A DNA stretch of 64,000 bases, taken from contig JAXHLW010000013.1 of assembly GCA_034521815.1 (NCBI GenBank), positions 32,001 to 96,000 on the forward strand. Reading direction: 5' to 3'. Below are positions 44,029 through 54,970 of the stretch, in pieces. The stretch comes from Trueperaceae bacterium (GTDB lineage: Bacteria > Deinococcota > Deinococci > Deinococcales > Trueperaceae). The notes under the pieces were generated by a model that was given only the letters and a program-made list of their open reading frames with translations, was not told the DNA's origin and did not search any database. A program made the position numbers and the translations under genes. Each line of letters opens with the position of its first letter. Position 1 is the stretch's first letter.

Positions 44029-44844
44029 TCAGTCCGAGAACCCTGCGATCCGCAGCTCGACGACGACGGGCCAGAGCTTGCCGGTCACCAGCATCGTCTC
44101 GGTATCGGAGCGCCAGGCCAGCCCGTTCAGGACGCCTTGGGGTCCGACCTCGGCGCGCTGGGCGGGGGTGAGCAGCCCGGACAGGTCCAGCCACGCCTCG
44201 ACGCGGCCGCTGGACGGGTCGATCCTGACGATTCGATCCTCGTACCAGACGTTCGCCCAGATCGCGTCGCCGACGCACTCGAGCTCGTTCAGGCGCGGCA
44301 GCGGCTCGCCGCCTACGGTCACGTCGACGCTGCCCAATGAGCGGAAGTCGTCCGGATCGTGGAACGTGAGGCGGGGCGTCCCGTCGCTTCTGACCAGGCG
44401 CTCGCCGTCGTGGCACAGGCCCCATCCCTCGCCCTGGTAGGTATGCACGGACTGGGGCGGGTCGCCGCGGGCGAACCCGCCCAAGGGCCAGCGGTAGGCA
44501 CGCTGGGCGCGCCAGGTGAGCTGGACCAGGGTGTCGCCCACGCGGGCGAGGCCCTCGGCGAACACGTCCGCGTCCAGGTACCGGATTTCGTCGACCGCGC
44601 CGGTGTCCAGGTCGACGCGCCGCAGCGACGATTCGCCGTACAGGCCGGTGCTCTCGTACAGCGCGCCGTCGTGCCAGACCAGGCCCTGCGTGAACGCGGC
44701 GGCGTCGTGGGGGTAGCGGGCGACCTCCTCGGCGGACAGCTCCGTGGGCGGGCTCGACCCGCACGCGCTCAGCAACAGCGACGCGACCAGGGCGAGGGCG
44801 GGGGCGAGGGCGAGACGTCGGGCGCTGGCGCGGCAGGAGCTCAT
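44029..44844 (-). CDS. Glutaminyl-peptide cyclotransferase, lipoprotein
   Basis: HD..AFTQGL, ESTGLYG, FAEG, EGWG, LNELE, NG.A, TGKLW; LSA-C lipobox. Confidence 0.93.
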   Translation of the reverse strand: MSSCRASARRLALAPALALVASLLLSACGSSPPTELSAEEVARYPHDAAAFTQGLVWHDGALYESTGLYGESSLRRVDLDTGAVDEIRYLDADVFAEGLARVGDTLVQLTWRAQRAYRWPLGGFARGDPPQSVHTYQGEGWGLCHDGERLVRSDGTPRLTFHDPDDFRSLGSVDVTVGGEPLPRLNELECVGDAIWANVWYEDRIVRIDPSSGRVEAWLDLSGLLTPAQRAEVGPQGVLNGLAWRSDTETMLVTGKLWPVVVELRIAGFSD

Positions 44845-45488
44845 GCGCTCTCCCTCGCGCTGCGCCCCAAGCGTGTCTGGAGCGCTCGCCAGATCGCGTC
44901 GGCCACGGTCGATTCGTCGCTCGCCGCGTTCACGATGATCCAGTCGCCGTGCACCGACGCCTCGGACAGGAAGCCGTCCCTGACCCGGCGGTGGAACGCC
45001 AGGTCGGCGCGTTCGAGCCTGTCGGCGGCTCCGCGGGCGGCGATGCGGCTCATCCCCACGTCGCTCGGAACGTCCAGCAGCACGGTCGCGTCAGGCGTCA
45101 GGTCGCCGGTGGCGCGTCGGTTGATCTCGCGGACCCAGTCGGGGTCGAGGCCCCTGCCGTAGCCCTGGTACGCGACGCTGGAGGCGGCGAACCGGTCGCA
45201 CAGCACGGTCGCTCCACGCTCCAGGGCGGGTCGGATCCGCTCGTCGACGTGCTGAGCGCGCGCCGCCGCGTAGAGAAGGAACTCGGCGAGGGGCGCGACC
45301 TCGAGATCGGCGTCGAGGACCACGTCCCGGATCCGCTCGCCGGCCGGCGTGCCGCCGGGCTCTCGCGTCACCACCACCTCGCGGCGGTCCTCGGATAGGC
45401 GCCGGGCCAGCCGAGCGACCTGGGTCGACTTGCCGCTCCCCTCAGGACCTTCGAACGCGATGAACAGCGCCGAGGCGGGCCGGGTCAC
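44841..45488 (-). CDS. tmk: Thymidylate kinase
   Basis: FEGPEGSGKSTQ, TREPGGT, DRF..SS.AYQG. Confidence 0.96.
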   Translation of the reverse strand: MTRPASALFIAFEGPEGSGKSTQVARLARRLSEDRREVVVTREPGGTPAGERIRDVVLDADLEVAPLAEFLLYAAARAQHVDERIRPALERGATVLCDRFAASSVAYQGYGRGLDPDWVREINRRATGDLTPDATVLLDVPSDVGMSRIAARGAADRLERADLAFHRRVRDGFLSEASVHGDWIIVNAASDESTVADAIWRALQTRLGRSARESA

Positions 45489-46237
45489 AGCCCGGTGGGC
45501 AGGAGAAGGAACTCGGTCTCGAGGCCGAACTCGGCGCGGATCCGGTCGGCCAGCAGGTTCACGCCGACGGTCTCGGTCATGTAGTGGCCGGCGAACAGCG
45601 CGTTGATGCCGCGCTCGAACGGGACGTGGAACACGTCGTGCTTCGGCTCGCCGGTCAGGAACGCGTCCAGGCCCTCGTCGGCGGCGGCGGCGATCTCCCT
45701 GGCCGCCGCGCCCGACACGATGCCCAGCGAGCCCACCTCCATTGCACCGCCGGCGTGCACCAGCACGCTCTCGCCCAGCTCCTTCTCGATCGTGTCGGCG
45801 AGGTCGCGGAGGGAGACCGTGTTGGGAAACACGCCTGCGACCCCGATGGCGTGGCCCTGCCAGTCGCCGAACGGTCGCAGCTCGTCCATGCCCAGCAGGC
45901 GAGCGAGGCCCCAGTTGTTGCCGAGCTCGCGGTGGGCGTCCAACGGAATATGCGCGGCGTAGAGGTTGATGTCGCGCTCCATCAGGTAGCGGACGCGCCT
46001 CCCCATCATGCCGGCGAGGGGCTCGGCTCCGCCCCAGAACAGCCCGTGGTGCACGATCAGCAGGTCGGCGCCGACGTCGGCGGCCTGCTCGAAGGTCGAG
46101 AGGCTGGCGTCCACGGCGACGGCGACCTTGGCGACGTCGTCCGTGCCCTCGACCTGCAGACCGTTGAGCGAGGGGTCGGGGAAGGCGTGGATGTCGAGGG
46201 TGGCGTCCAGCCAGCGAACGAGGTCGTTTCGCTTCAT
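45485..46237 (-). CDS. Nif3-like dinuclear metal centre protein (YbgI family)
   Basis: NGLQVEG, VHHGLFW, HIPLDAH, GHYMTE. Confidence 0.94.
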   Translation of the reverse strand: MKRNDLVRWLDATLDIHAFPDPSLNGLQVEGTDDVAKVAVAVDASLSTFEQAADVGADLLIVHHGLFWGGAEPLAGMMGRRVRYLMERDINLYAAHIPLDAHRELGNNWGLARLLGMDELRPFGDWQGHAIGVAGVFPNTVSLRDLADTIEKELGESVLVHAGGAMEVGSLGIVSGAAAREIAAAADEGLDAFLTGEPKHDVFHVPFERGINALFAGHYMTETVGVNLLADRIRAEFGLETEFLLLPTGL

Positions 46238-46264
46238 GGCGCCAGCGTACCGCGGGGCTCGCCA

Positions 46265-46303
46265 GGTCTCGACGGGGTCTCCACCGGGTCTCGTTCAGGT
46301 CTC
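46265..46303. repeat. Four GGTCTC hexamers at exact 11-bp spacing
   Basis: Copies start at 46265, 46276, 46287 and 46298. Confidence 0.85.
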
Positions 46304-46371
46304 GGTGGGGCCCTTCCTCGCGTCGCTGACGCGTCGTCGCTGGCTCGCGGTGCTGGAATGTCGCCTCGGCC

Positions 46372-46401
46372 TTGACATGGTGCGCGCCGCGGGTATATGC
46401 T
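46372..46401 (+). promoter_or_regulatory. rRNA promoter P1, TTGACA ... TATATG/TATGCT
   Basis: Consensus -35 at 46372; -10 candidates at 16 or 18 nt spacing. Confidence 0.7.
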
Positions 46402-46439
46402 CACTCTTGCGCTCGAGAGAGGGGCAAGCCCCGATCCGA

Positions 46440-46659
46440 CGCCGAGTTCCTTGACAATCCGGTTCGCAAAATGACCCGTCGATTTCGAGATTCGAGCCGA
46501 CGATCGCGACCGCCTCGTGCGGATGCGACGCCGGTGGAGGGCAGGCGAGCTTCGGCTCGAACCGCCTCCGAAACCACAGGGTTGACAGAGTTCTGAAGGA
46601 CTGGCATACTCAGTACTCGCGCTGCAAAGCGCCGAGTTCCTTGACAATCCGGTTCGCAA
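46440..46659 (+). repeat. 30-bp exact direct repeat (46440-46469, 46630-46659): boxA-like sequence plus 5' arm of the 16S processing stem
   Basis: CGCCGAGTTCCTTGACAATCCGGTTCGCAA occurs twice; core is complementary to 48270-48283. Confidence 0.88.
46582..46610 (+). promoter_or_regulatory. rRNA promoter P2, TTGACA-17-CATACT
   Basis: Read directly. Confidence 0.75.
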
Positions 46660-46721
46660 CGACCTGTCGATTCTGTTTCACACTACAAAACAGGCTCGTC
46701 GGAGCCATAATCCGACGTTTG

Positions 46722-48247
<1,526 letters not shown>

Positions 48248-48298
48248 AGGAGTCGAACACAGGTCGTAATGCGAACCGGATTGATCATGGAAGCCGAT

Positions 48299-48325
48299 AC
48301 GGGCACCCTTCGGGGTGCCCGTTTT
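48299..48325 (+). terminator. Terminator about 50 nt after the 16S
   Basis: ACGGGCACC-CTTCGG-GGTGCCCGT followed by TTT. Confidence 0.85.
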
Positions 48326-48373
48326 CGTGGTGGCTGCTAGCGTCGAACGTCGACGCTGTGATTCCCCTCGACC

Positions 48374-49879
48374 TTACGCGGGGCTTCGCGATGGGCTCCC
48401 GCGCGTCGCGATGGCTGCCAGACGCGCCAAGCGCGCCGGTCCGGCGGACGCCGCCATGCGCCACGCCTGCGGATGCCGCGCTGCGACGCGCTCCAAGCGC
48501 GACCACAGTTCCTCCTGCACGTTCGTCGGGCATGTCCAGCGCCGGCGTGAGGCGGACGACCCCGTTGGCGGCCAGGCTGATGCACGCGTGGATTCCGCCC
48601 AGGTGCAGCGTCCGTAGCGCCAAGCCGCTGGACAGCAGCCGCGCGAGCTCGGGTCGGCCGCCCAGGAGCGCCGGGCGTAGCGCGTGCCGAAGCCGGATCG
48701 CGAACAGCATTCCGGCGCCGCGAACCTCGGCGATCAGGCCCGGGTAGGCCTGTGCCAGCGCTGACAACCGAGCCAGGCCCGCTTCGCCGTCGCGCCGGGA
48801 CCGCTGGTCGAAGCCTCCCTCGACCAGCGCCTCCAACGCGTGAAGCGCGACCGCCATCGCCAGGCCGTTGCCGGCGAACGTGCTCGAGTGCCGGCGCGAC
48901 GAGAAGCCCGGCAGCATCGCGTGCACCATCTCGGACCGAGCGATCGTCGCGGCGACCGCGACCAGCCCACCGGAGAGCGGCTTCGCCAGCGTGACGATGT
49001 CCGGATCGAGACCGCCCGCCACGCTCGCGAACCAGTGACCGGTCCGCCCCAAGCCGGTCTGGATCTCGTCGGCGATCACCGGTATCCCGTGACGGACCCG
49101 GATCCGTTCGACCTCCATCAGGAACCGTTCGGGAGGAACGACGACGCCGCCTTCGCCCTGAACGGGCTCCAGGACGATGGCGGCCACCTGCTCGGGACCG
49201 AGTACGAGGATTTCGCGCTCGAGCGCGTCCGCGTCCCCGAACGGCAGCACCCGGACGCCGGGCAGCAGCGGACGGAACGGTCGCTGGTACTCCTCCGACG
49301 AGGTGATCGACAGCGCGCCCAGCGTCTTGCCGTGGTAGCCGCTACCGAACGCCAGGACGTCCACGGCGCCTTCGGCCGGAACGTCCGAACGAGCTTCATC
49401 GCGATCTCGATCGCTTCGGTGCCGCTGTTCGAGAAGAGCACGCGGCTACTCGCGTGGCTGGGCGCGACCGACGCCAGCAGCGCGACCAGGTTCGTCTCGA
49501 ACGCTGCGCGCCAATCCGACGCCTGGTGCGCGAACGACGGGCGATCGAGGAGCTGCGAGGTAGCGCACGGCCGCCTGGACCAGCGCGGGCGGACCCTCGC
49601 CGAAGGGGAGCGCGGCGTAGCCGCCGGCGTGGATCAGGTGCCGGCCCTTCTCGTCCTCGAGCTCCCACGGACTCACCCGGCGGAACGGGCCGGCGATGCC
49701 CAGCGCCTCCATCGAGCGGATCAACTCGCCGTTGCCGTACGTGCGCTCCAGCGAGCGCGTCCGCGCGGGCGGAAGCCCCTCGAACACCTCGGCGGTCGAG
49801 ATCGGAAGCCGTCCGAGCGGCGATCTGCGGGCCGCACGTCAGGCGGGCGACGGTTGGCGCGCGGCGCACCGTCGCTCAC
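48374..49879 (-). pseudogene. Class III (fold I) PLP aminotransferase split by about 4 frameshifts (probably sequence errors)
   Basis: Consecutive pieces in different frames: YGNGEL...GGYAALPFG; FSNSGTEAIE; GYHGKT, EPVQGEGG, DEIQTG, LAKPL; tail VQEELWSRLERVA...TAA. Confidence 0.85.
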
Positions 49880-50490
49880 TCGAGGCTCCGCTCGATGCGG
49901 TTGCCGGCGCTGTCCTCGACCACGACCGTGGCGCCCGGCGCTGCCGAGACGTCCAGCGAGAAGCGCTGTTCGCGGCTGGGCGCGAACTGTAGCGGGACCT
50001 CGTCGATGCGGATCGCGGTCACGGCCACGTCGTCGCGCGCGACCCCCTCGACCCGCAAGCGGCCGCTTGCAAGGGCGGTCACCGCGGTCAGCTCCAGGCT
50101 GGGCGGCGTGGTGTCGATACGCAGCGTGTGCAAGAGCGTCGACTGCCGGCCGCGAACGTCGGTCGCCACGATCCGGGTCGTCGTCTCGCCGTCGCGAAGA
50201 TCGGGGATCGTGAACGCGAACTCGACGAAGCGCTTGCCGCGCTCGCCTTCGTACACGTCGAAGCCCAGCAGATCGGTGCCGTCCACGCGGATCTCGGCGA
50301 TGCCCTCGTCGTCCATGGCGTAGCCGACGATGCGGAGGTCTTCGGTGGTCCTGGTGGTGCCGCTCTTGGGCTCGCGGATCGCGACCAGTGGCGCCAAGGC
50401 GTCGTCCCTGCCCATGCAGCCGGCCAGGACGCCGATCAGCACGATCCAGGTCGCGAGCGAGAGAGCGGTTCGGCGAGCGTGACGGGTCAT
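49876..50490 (-). CDS. Lipoprotein with probable Ig-like beta-sandwich domains
   Basis: LAG-C lipobox; repeated G.A.DD..V..I.VD pattern and DTTPP linker. Confidence 0.78.
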   Translation of the reverse strand: MTRHARRTALSLATWIVLIGVLAGCMGRDDALAPLVAIREPKSGTTRTTEDLRIVGYAMDDEGIAEIRVDGTDLLGFDVYEGERGKRFVEFAFTIPDLRDGETTTRIVATDVRGRQSTLLHTLRIDTTPPSLELTAVTALASGRLRVEGVARDDVAVTAIRIDEVPLQFAPSREQRFSLDVSAAPGATVVVEDSAGNRIERSLE

Positions 50491-50834
50491 GCGTGAATGC
50501 TACCCCGGAGGGCCGTGTCGTTCGGTCGGGATCGCGCGCACGGATTTCGCCTCGCACCCCGTTCGTTTCGGATACGATTGCTGGCGAGTGCACGATCGTG
50601 CGCTCGGGAGAACCCGCTCCCCGGCGGACGAGACGGCCTCTGCTACACTGCGAGAGCAACCGACAGTCGGGGCGTATCGCGCCCCATGCGAAAGGAGGAC
50701 CGCCGAGGACGAAGTCGACGCCGCCACCTGGACGTCAGGCATCATCCGACGTCGCCGTGAGCGGCAGGGAACTCCCGTTCGGCGCGGTGCATCCGATGCA
50801 CCGCTCACTCCCGTTTCACCCCCTTTGGAGGACG

Positions 50835-52571
50835 ATGAAGAAGATTCTTTCCCTACTCGCCGCGATGTTGCTGGTCGGCGTCTTCGCCACCGCGACCGCC
50901 CAGGACGACACGTACGTGTACATGACCTTCGGTGGCATCGACACGCTCGACCCCGAGGGCGCGTACGACACCGCGTCCGGCACGGCGCTCGAGAACGTCT
51001 ACGAGACCCTCTACGGCTACGACGGCGATGCGGTGGACGCGTTCGTTCCGCGCCTCGGCCACCGAGCTACGAGATCTCCGACGACAACCTCACCTACACC
51101 TACACGCTGCGTGAGGGCGTGCAGTTCCACAGCGGCAACATGATGACCTGCCGCGACGTCGAGTACTCGATCGAGCGCATCCTGGTCATGAACGACCCGT
51201 CCTCGGGCGTGTGGTTCCAGTCCGAAGCGCTCCTCGGCACCGGCTCGAACGCGAACGACGACGACTCGATCACCTGGGCGATGATCGACAACGCGGTCGA
51301 GTGCGTCGACGACTACACCGTGCAGTTCAACCTGCCCGCCGTCGACCCGGCCTTCTTCGGCAAGCTGGTCTACACGAACGCCAGCATCGTCGACAGCGCC
51401 TGGGCGATCGAGAACGGCGAGTGGAGCGGCACCGAGGCCGACTGGCGCGAATGGGTCGGCGTCGATCCGCGCGACGGCTTCCTGCACGACAACGCCAGCG
51501 GCACCGGCGCCTACGCGCTGGTCGACTGGGACGGCAACGACAGCGTGTACGAGCGCTTCGACGGCTACTGGGGCGAGGCGCCCGACGTCGAGACCGTGCA
51601 GTACCGCATCGTCGACGAGCTCGCCACCCGCATCCTGGCGCTCCAGAACGGCGAGGCCGACCGGATCGTGCTCGGTAGCGACAACGACTGGGCCACCCTC
51701 GAAGCGCAGGTCCGCGGCCTGGACGGCGTGACGGTCTGGGAGGACGACGAGCTGGCTTTCCCTGGCCGTCGGCGCCATGCACATGAACCAGGCGATCGAC
51801 ACGACCGACAACACCGTGAACGTCGGCAGCGGTCAGCTGGACGGCTCCGGCATTCCCAGCGACTTCTTCTCCGACATCGACGTCCGCAAGGGCTTCGCGT
51901 ACAGCTTCGATCAGCAGGTCATGATCGACGAGCTGTTCCTCGGCAAGGGCCAGAAGCTGACCATGGCGCTGCCGCCCAGCTTCCTCGGCTACGATCCGAA
52001 CGTCCCGACCTACGAGTTCGACGCCGAGATGGCCGAGATGCACTTCCGCGAGGCGTGGGACGGCGCAGTTTGGGATACCGGCTTCGAGATGGCCATCTCG
52101 TACAACACCGGCAACGCCACCCGCCAGATCATCGCCGAGATCCTCAAGGCCAACGTCGAGGACCTGAACAGCGACTTCCGCGTGAACGTCCGCGGCATCC
52201 AGTGGCCCGACTTCCTGCAGGATCGGAACAACAACAAGCTTCCGATCTCGCTGGTGGGCTGGCTCCCGGACTACGCCGACCCGGACAACTTCATGTGGAC
52301 CTTCTATCACTCGGGCGGCTACTACGGCAGCCAGCTGAACTTCTCCGATCCGGAGATCGACCGGCTGCTCGAGGACGCGCGCTCCACGACCATCGACGCC
52401 GAGCGCGAGCTGTACTACAGCCAGGTCGCGCACCGCGCCTACGACCTCGCGCCGACGGTTCCGTACCCGAGCGCCCGGAACTTCATCGTCACCAGCGACG
52501 CGATCGACGGGGTGTACTACAACCCGATGATCAGCCACAACTTCCTGTGGAAGGACGTCGTCAAGAACTGA
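50835..52571 (+). pseudogene. Peptide ABC substrate-binding protein (family 5), frameshifted near 51060 and 51757 (probably sequence errors)
   Basis: Signal peptide MKKILSLL..., TLDP..AYD, YETL, LREGVQFH.G, GTG.Y, GWLPDYADP spread over three ORFs. Confidence 0.9.
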
Positions 52572-52590
52572 GCGCGCACGCGCACGGTTC

Positions 52591-52618
52591 GGCCCGGGGG
52601 AGAATCCTCCCCCGGGCC
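52591..52618 (+). terminator. Intercistronic hairpin after the SBP gene
   Basis: GGCCCGGGGGA/TCCCCCGGGCC stem, no U tract. Confidence 0.6.
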
Positions 52619-52713
52619 CCCACCAAGGCCATGTATCTTAATGACGCTCGCATTCATGCGCCACTGCGCAGCCCGCCCGTCGGATCCGGTCCGGGGCGGA
52701 TAGAGGAGACGCC

Positions 52714-53740
52714 GTGTTCGCCTTCATCCTGAGGCGTCTGTTGTCCCTCCCGTTGGTCCTGTTCGCGGTCTCGTTGCTGATCGTAGGTTTGCTACAGCTG
52801 CTTTCGCCCACGCAGCGGGCCACGGCGTTCATCACCAGCGAGCAGCAGGCCCAGAACATCCCTGCCATCATCGAGGCGTACGGCCTCGACAAGCCCTTCC
52901 CGGTGCAGTACTGGAACTGGCTCACCGCAGGCGCTTCAGGGCAACCTCGGCTACACGCGCAGCGCCAACATGACCGTCGCTCAGGCGATCCGGACGCTGT
53001 TCCCGGCGTCGCTGGAGCTGGCGCTGTTCGCCGTGGTTCCGATCATCGGTCTGGGCATCTGGTTCGGGACGCTCGCGGCGCTGCACCGGAATTCGCTGCT
53101 GGATCAGGTCACCCGGGTCATGGCGATTCTCGGCTGGTCCCTCCCCACCTTCGTGTTCGGCATCTGGATCCTGGCGGCTCTTTACGGCGGATTGGGGTGG
53201 TTCGGCATCGGCCGCGTCAGTACCCGCTTCATCACCGCCATCGCCCAGGGCGAGATCACGCTGTACACGCGGATGATGACCGTCGACGCGATCTTGAACG
53301 GTCGATTCGACATGTTGCTCGACGCGCTTCTTCGGCTGGTTCTACCGGTCACGACGCTGGCCGTCGTGATCACGGCCCAGATCATGCGCGTCATGCGAGG
53401 CTCGCTGCTGGACTCGCTGTCGCAGGACTACGTGCGGACCGCCCGAGCCAAGGGGCTCTCGGACCGGATCGTGAACCTCAAGCACGCCAGGCGGAACGCG
53501 CTGATTCCGGTGATCACGCTCTCGGGACTGACCATCGCGCTGCTGCTGAACGGCACCGTCGTCGTCGAGACGATCTTCAACTACCGCGGCTTGGGCATGT
53601 GGTTCGCCACGGCCGCCGTCCAGGTCGACATTCCCGCCGTGATCGGGTTCGGCCTCGTCGTCGCGATCATCATCGTGTTCGCGAACCTGTTCGTCGACGT
53701 GCTCTACGCCATCGTGGACCCGAGGATCCGCTACGACTGA
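52714..53740 (+). pseudogene. Peptide ABC permease (OppB/DppB-like), frameshifted near 52927
   Basis: FILRRL...YGLDKP..VQY in one frame; PASLELA...DYVRTARAKGL...DPRIRYD in the next. Confidence 0.9.
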
Positions 53741-54849
53741 TGCCACCTGACCCTGCCGACCACGCCCGCGACGACGTTCGAGACGACGCCAACCTGGCCG
53801 CGCGAGCGGCCCACGACGAGCACCAGCTGCCCCCCGAGGTCGACTTGCGCTGGTGGCAGAGCAAGGCGATGCGCCGCTTCCGCCGCAATCCGTTGGCCAT
53901 CACGGGCGTGACGCTGCTCGTGTTCTACATCGGTATCGCGCTGTTCGCTCCGGCCATCACCGCCCCGACGATCGCCGAGCGCGAGCGCGGGCATACCTGC
54001 GCACGTGACCTGGACCTTCCACGCGATTCCGACGAGGCGATCGCAGCGCTCAGGAACCCGTTCGGGTCGACGTTCTGGCGCGCCATCGCCGCGCCTCCCC
54101 AGAGCTGCCTGCGGATCCCGCGCGTCAGCTTCTCGCCGATCCCGCAGCCGCCGCAAGAAGGGCACCCGATGGGCATCGCGTCGGGCGGCTACGACATCTA
54201 CTACGGCGTGATCTGGGGCGCCAGGATGGCGTTCTACGTCGGCATCCTGGTGAGCGCCATCAGCTTCGGCATCGGTATCGTCATCGGCGGCGCCGCAGGC
54301 TTCCTGGGCGGCTGGGTGGACGACGTGCTGATGCGCCTCGTCGACGTCGTGTTCGCGTTTCCGAACCTGATCCTCGCCGCGATCTTCGTCACGATCTTCG
54401 GTCCCAGCCTCACGAACTCGCTGATCGCGCTCGCGATCGTCGGCTGGACGAACTACGCCCGGCTGTTCCGTGGCGACATCCTGCGCGTGCGCAACCTCGA
54501 CTACGTCGATGGAGCCAGGGCTCTGGGCGCGAGCAAGTGGCGGACGTTCACCCGGCACGTGCTGCCGAACTCGATCGGCTCGCTGGTGATCGTCGCCAGC
54601 CTGGACATCGGCGCCGTGGTGCTGGTCGCCTCGACCCTGGCGTTTCTGGGTCTGGGCGCGGAGATCGGCACGACGGACTGGGGCCAGATGGTGTCGTTCG
54701 CCCGCGGCTACATCCAAGGGGCTCCCGGGGAGCCGTTCAAGTACTGGTACATCTCGTGGTGGCCAGGGATCGCGATCGTCGTGTTCGTGCTCGCCTGGAA
54801 CCTGCTGGGAGACGCGTACCGGGACGTGTTCGATCCGCGCGACGCCTGA
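53740..54849 (+). CDS. Peptide ABC permease (OppC/DppC-like)
   Basis: RRFRRNPLA, YVDGARALGAS...RHVLPN, NLLGDAYRD..DPR. Confidence 0.92.
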   Translation: MPPDPADHARDDVRDDANLAARAAHDEHQLPPEVDLRWWQSKAMRRFRRNPLAITGVTLLVFYIGIALFAPAITAPTIAERERGHTCARDLDLPRDSDEAIAALRNPFGSTFWRAIAAPPQSCLRIPRVSFSPIPQPPQEGHPMGIASGGYDIYYGVIWGARMAFYVGILVSAISFGIGIVIGGAAGFLGGWVDDVLMRLVDVVFAFPNLILAAIFVTIFGPSLTNSLIALAIVGWTNYARLFRGDILRVRNLDYVDGARALGASKWRTFTRHVLPNSIGSLVIVASLDIGAVVLVASTLAFLGLGAEIGTTDWGQMVSFARGYIQGAPGEPFKYWYISWWPGIAIVVFVLAWNLLGDAYRDVFDPRDA

Positions 54850-54872
54850 CCGCGCGCTGCGCCTGCGAAGCT

Positions 54873-54918
54873 CGAACGCGCGCGGGCCCGACGATCGCGT
54901 CGGGCCCGCGCGCGTTCG
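54873..54918. terminator. Perfect 21-bp hairpin between convergent genes
   Basis: CGAACGCGCGCGGGCCCGACG-ATCG-CGTCGGGCCCGCGCGCGTTCG. Confidence 0.75.
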
Positions 54919-54970
54919 TCGGGTCCGGACGCGATGTCGAGACCCGTAGGGTCGGGAAACGAAGACCCGT

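Noticed and set aside
48374..52970. Programmed frameshifting or phase variation
   Set aside because: No slippery heptamers or long homopolymer tracts at the breaks; several breaks per gene fit consensus errors better.
52714..54849. 711-aa OppB-OppC fusion ORF
   Set aside because: Produced by the frameshift near 52927; the middle part is off-frame.
54873..54918. REP/MITE element
   Set aside because: No second copy recognised in the window; its position between convergent genes fits a terminator.
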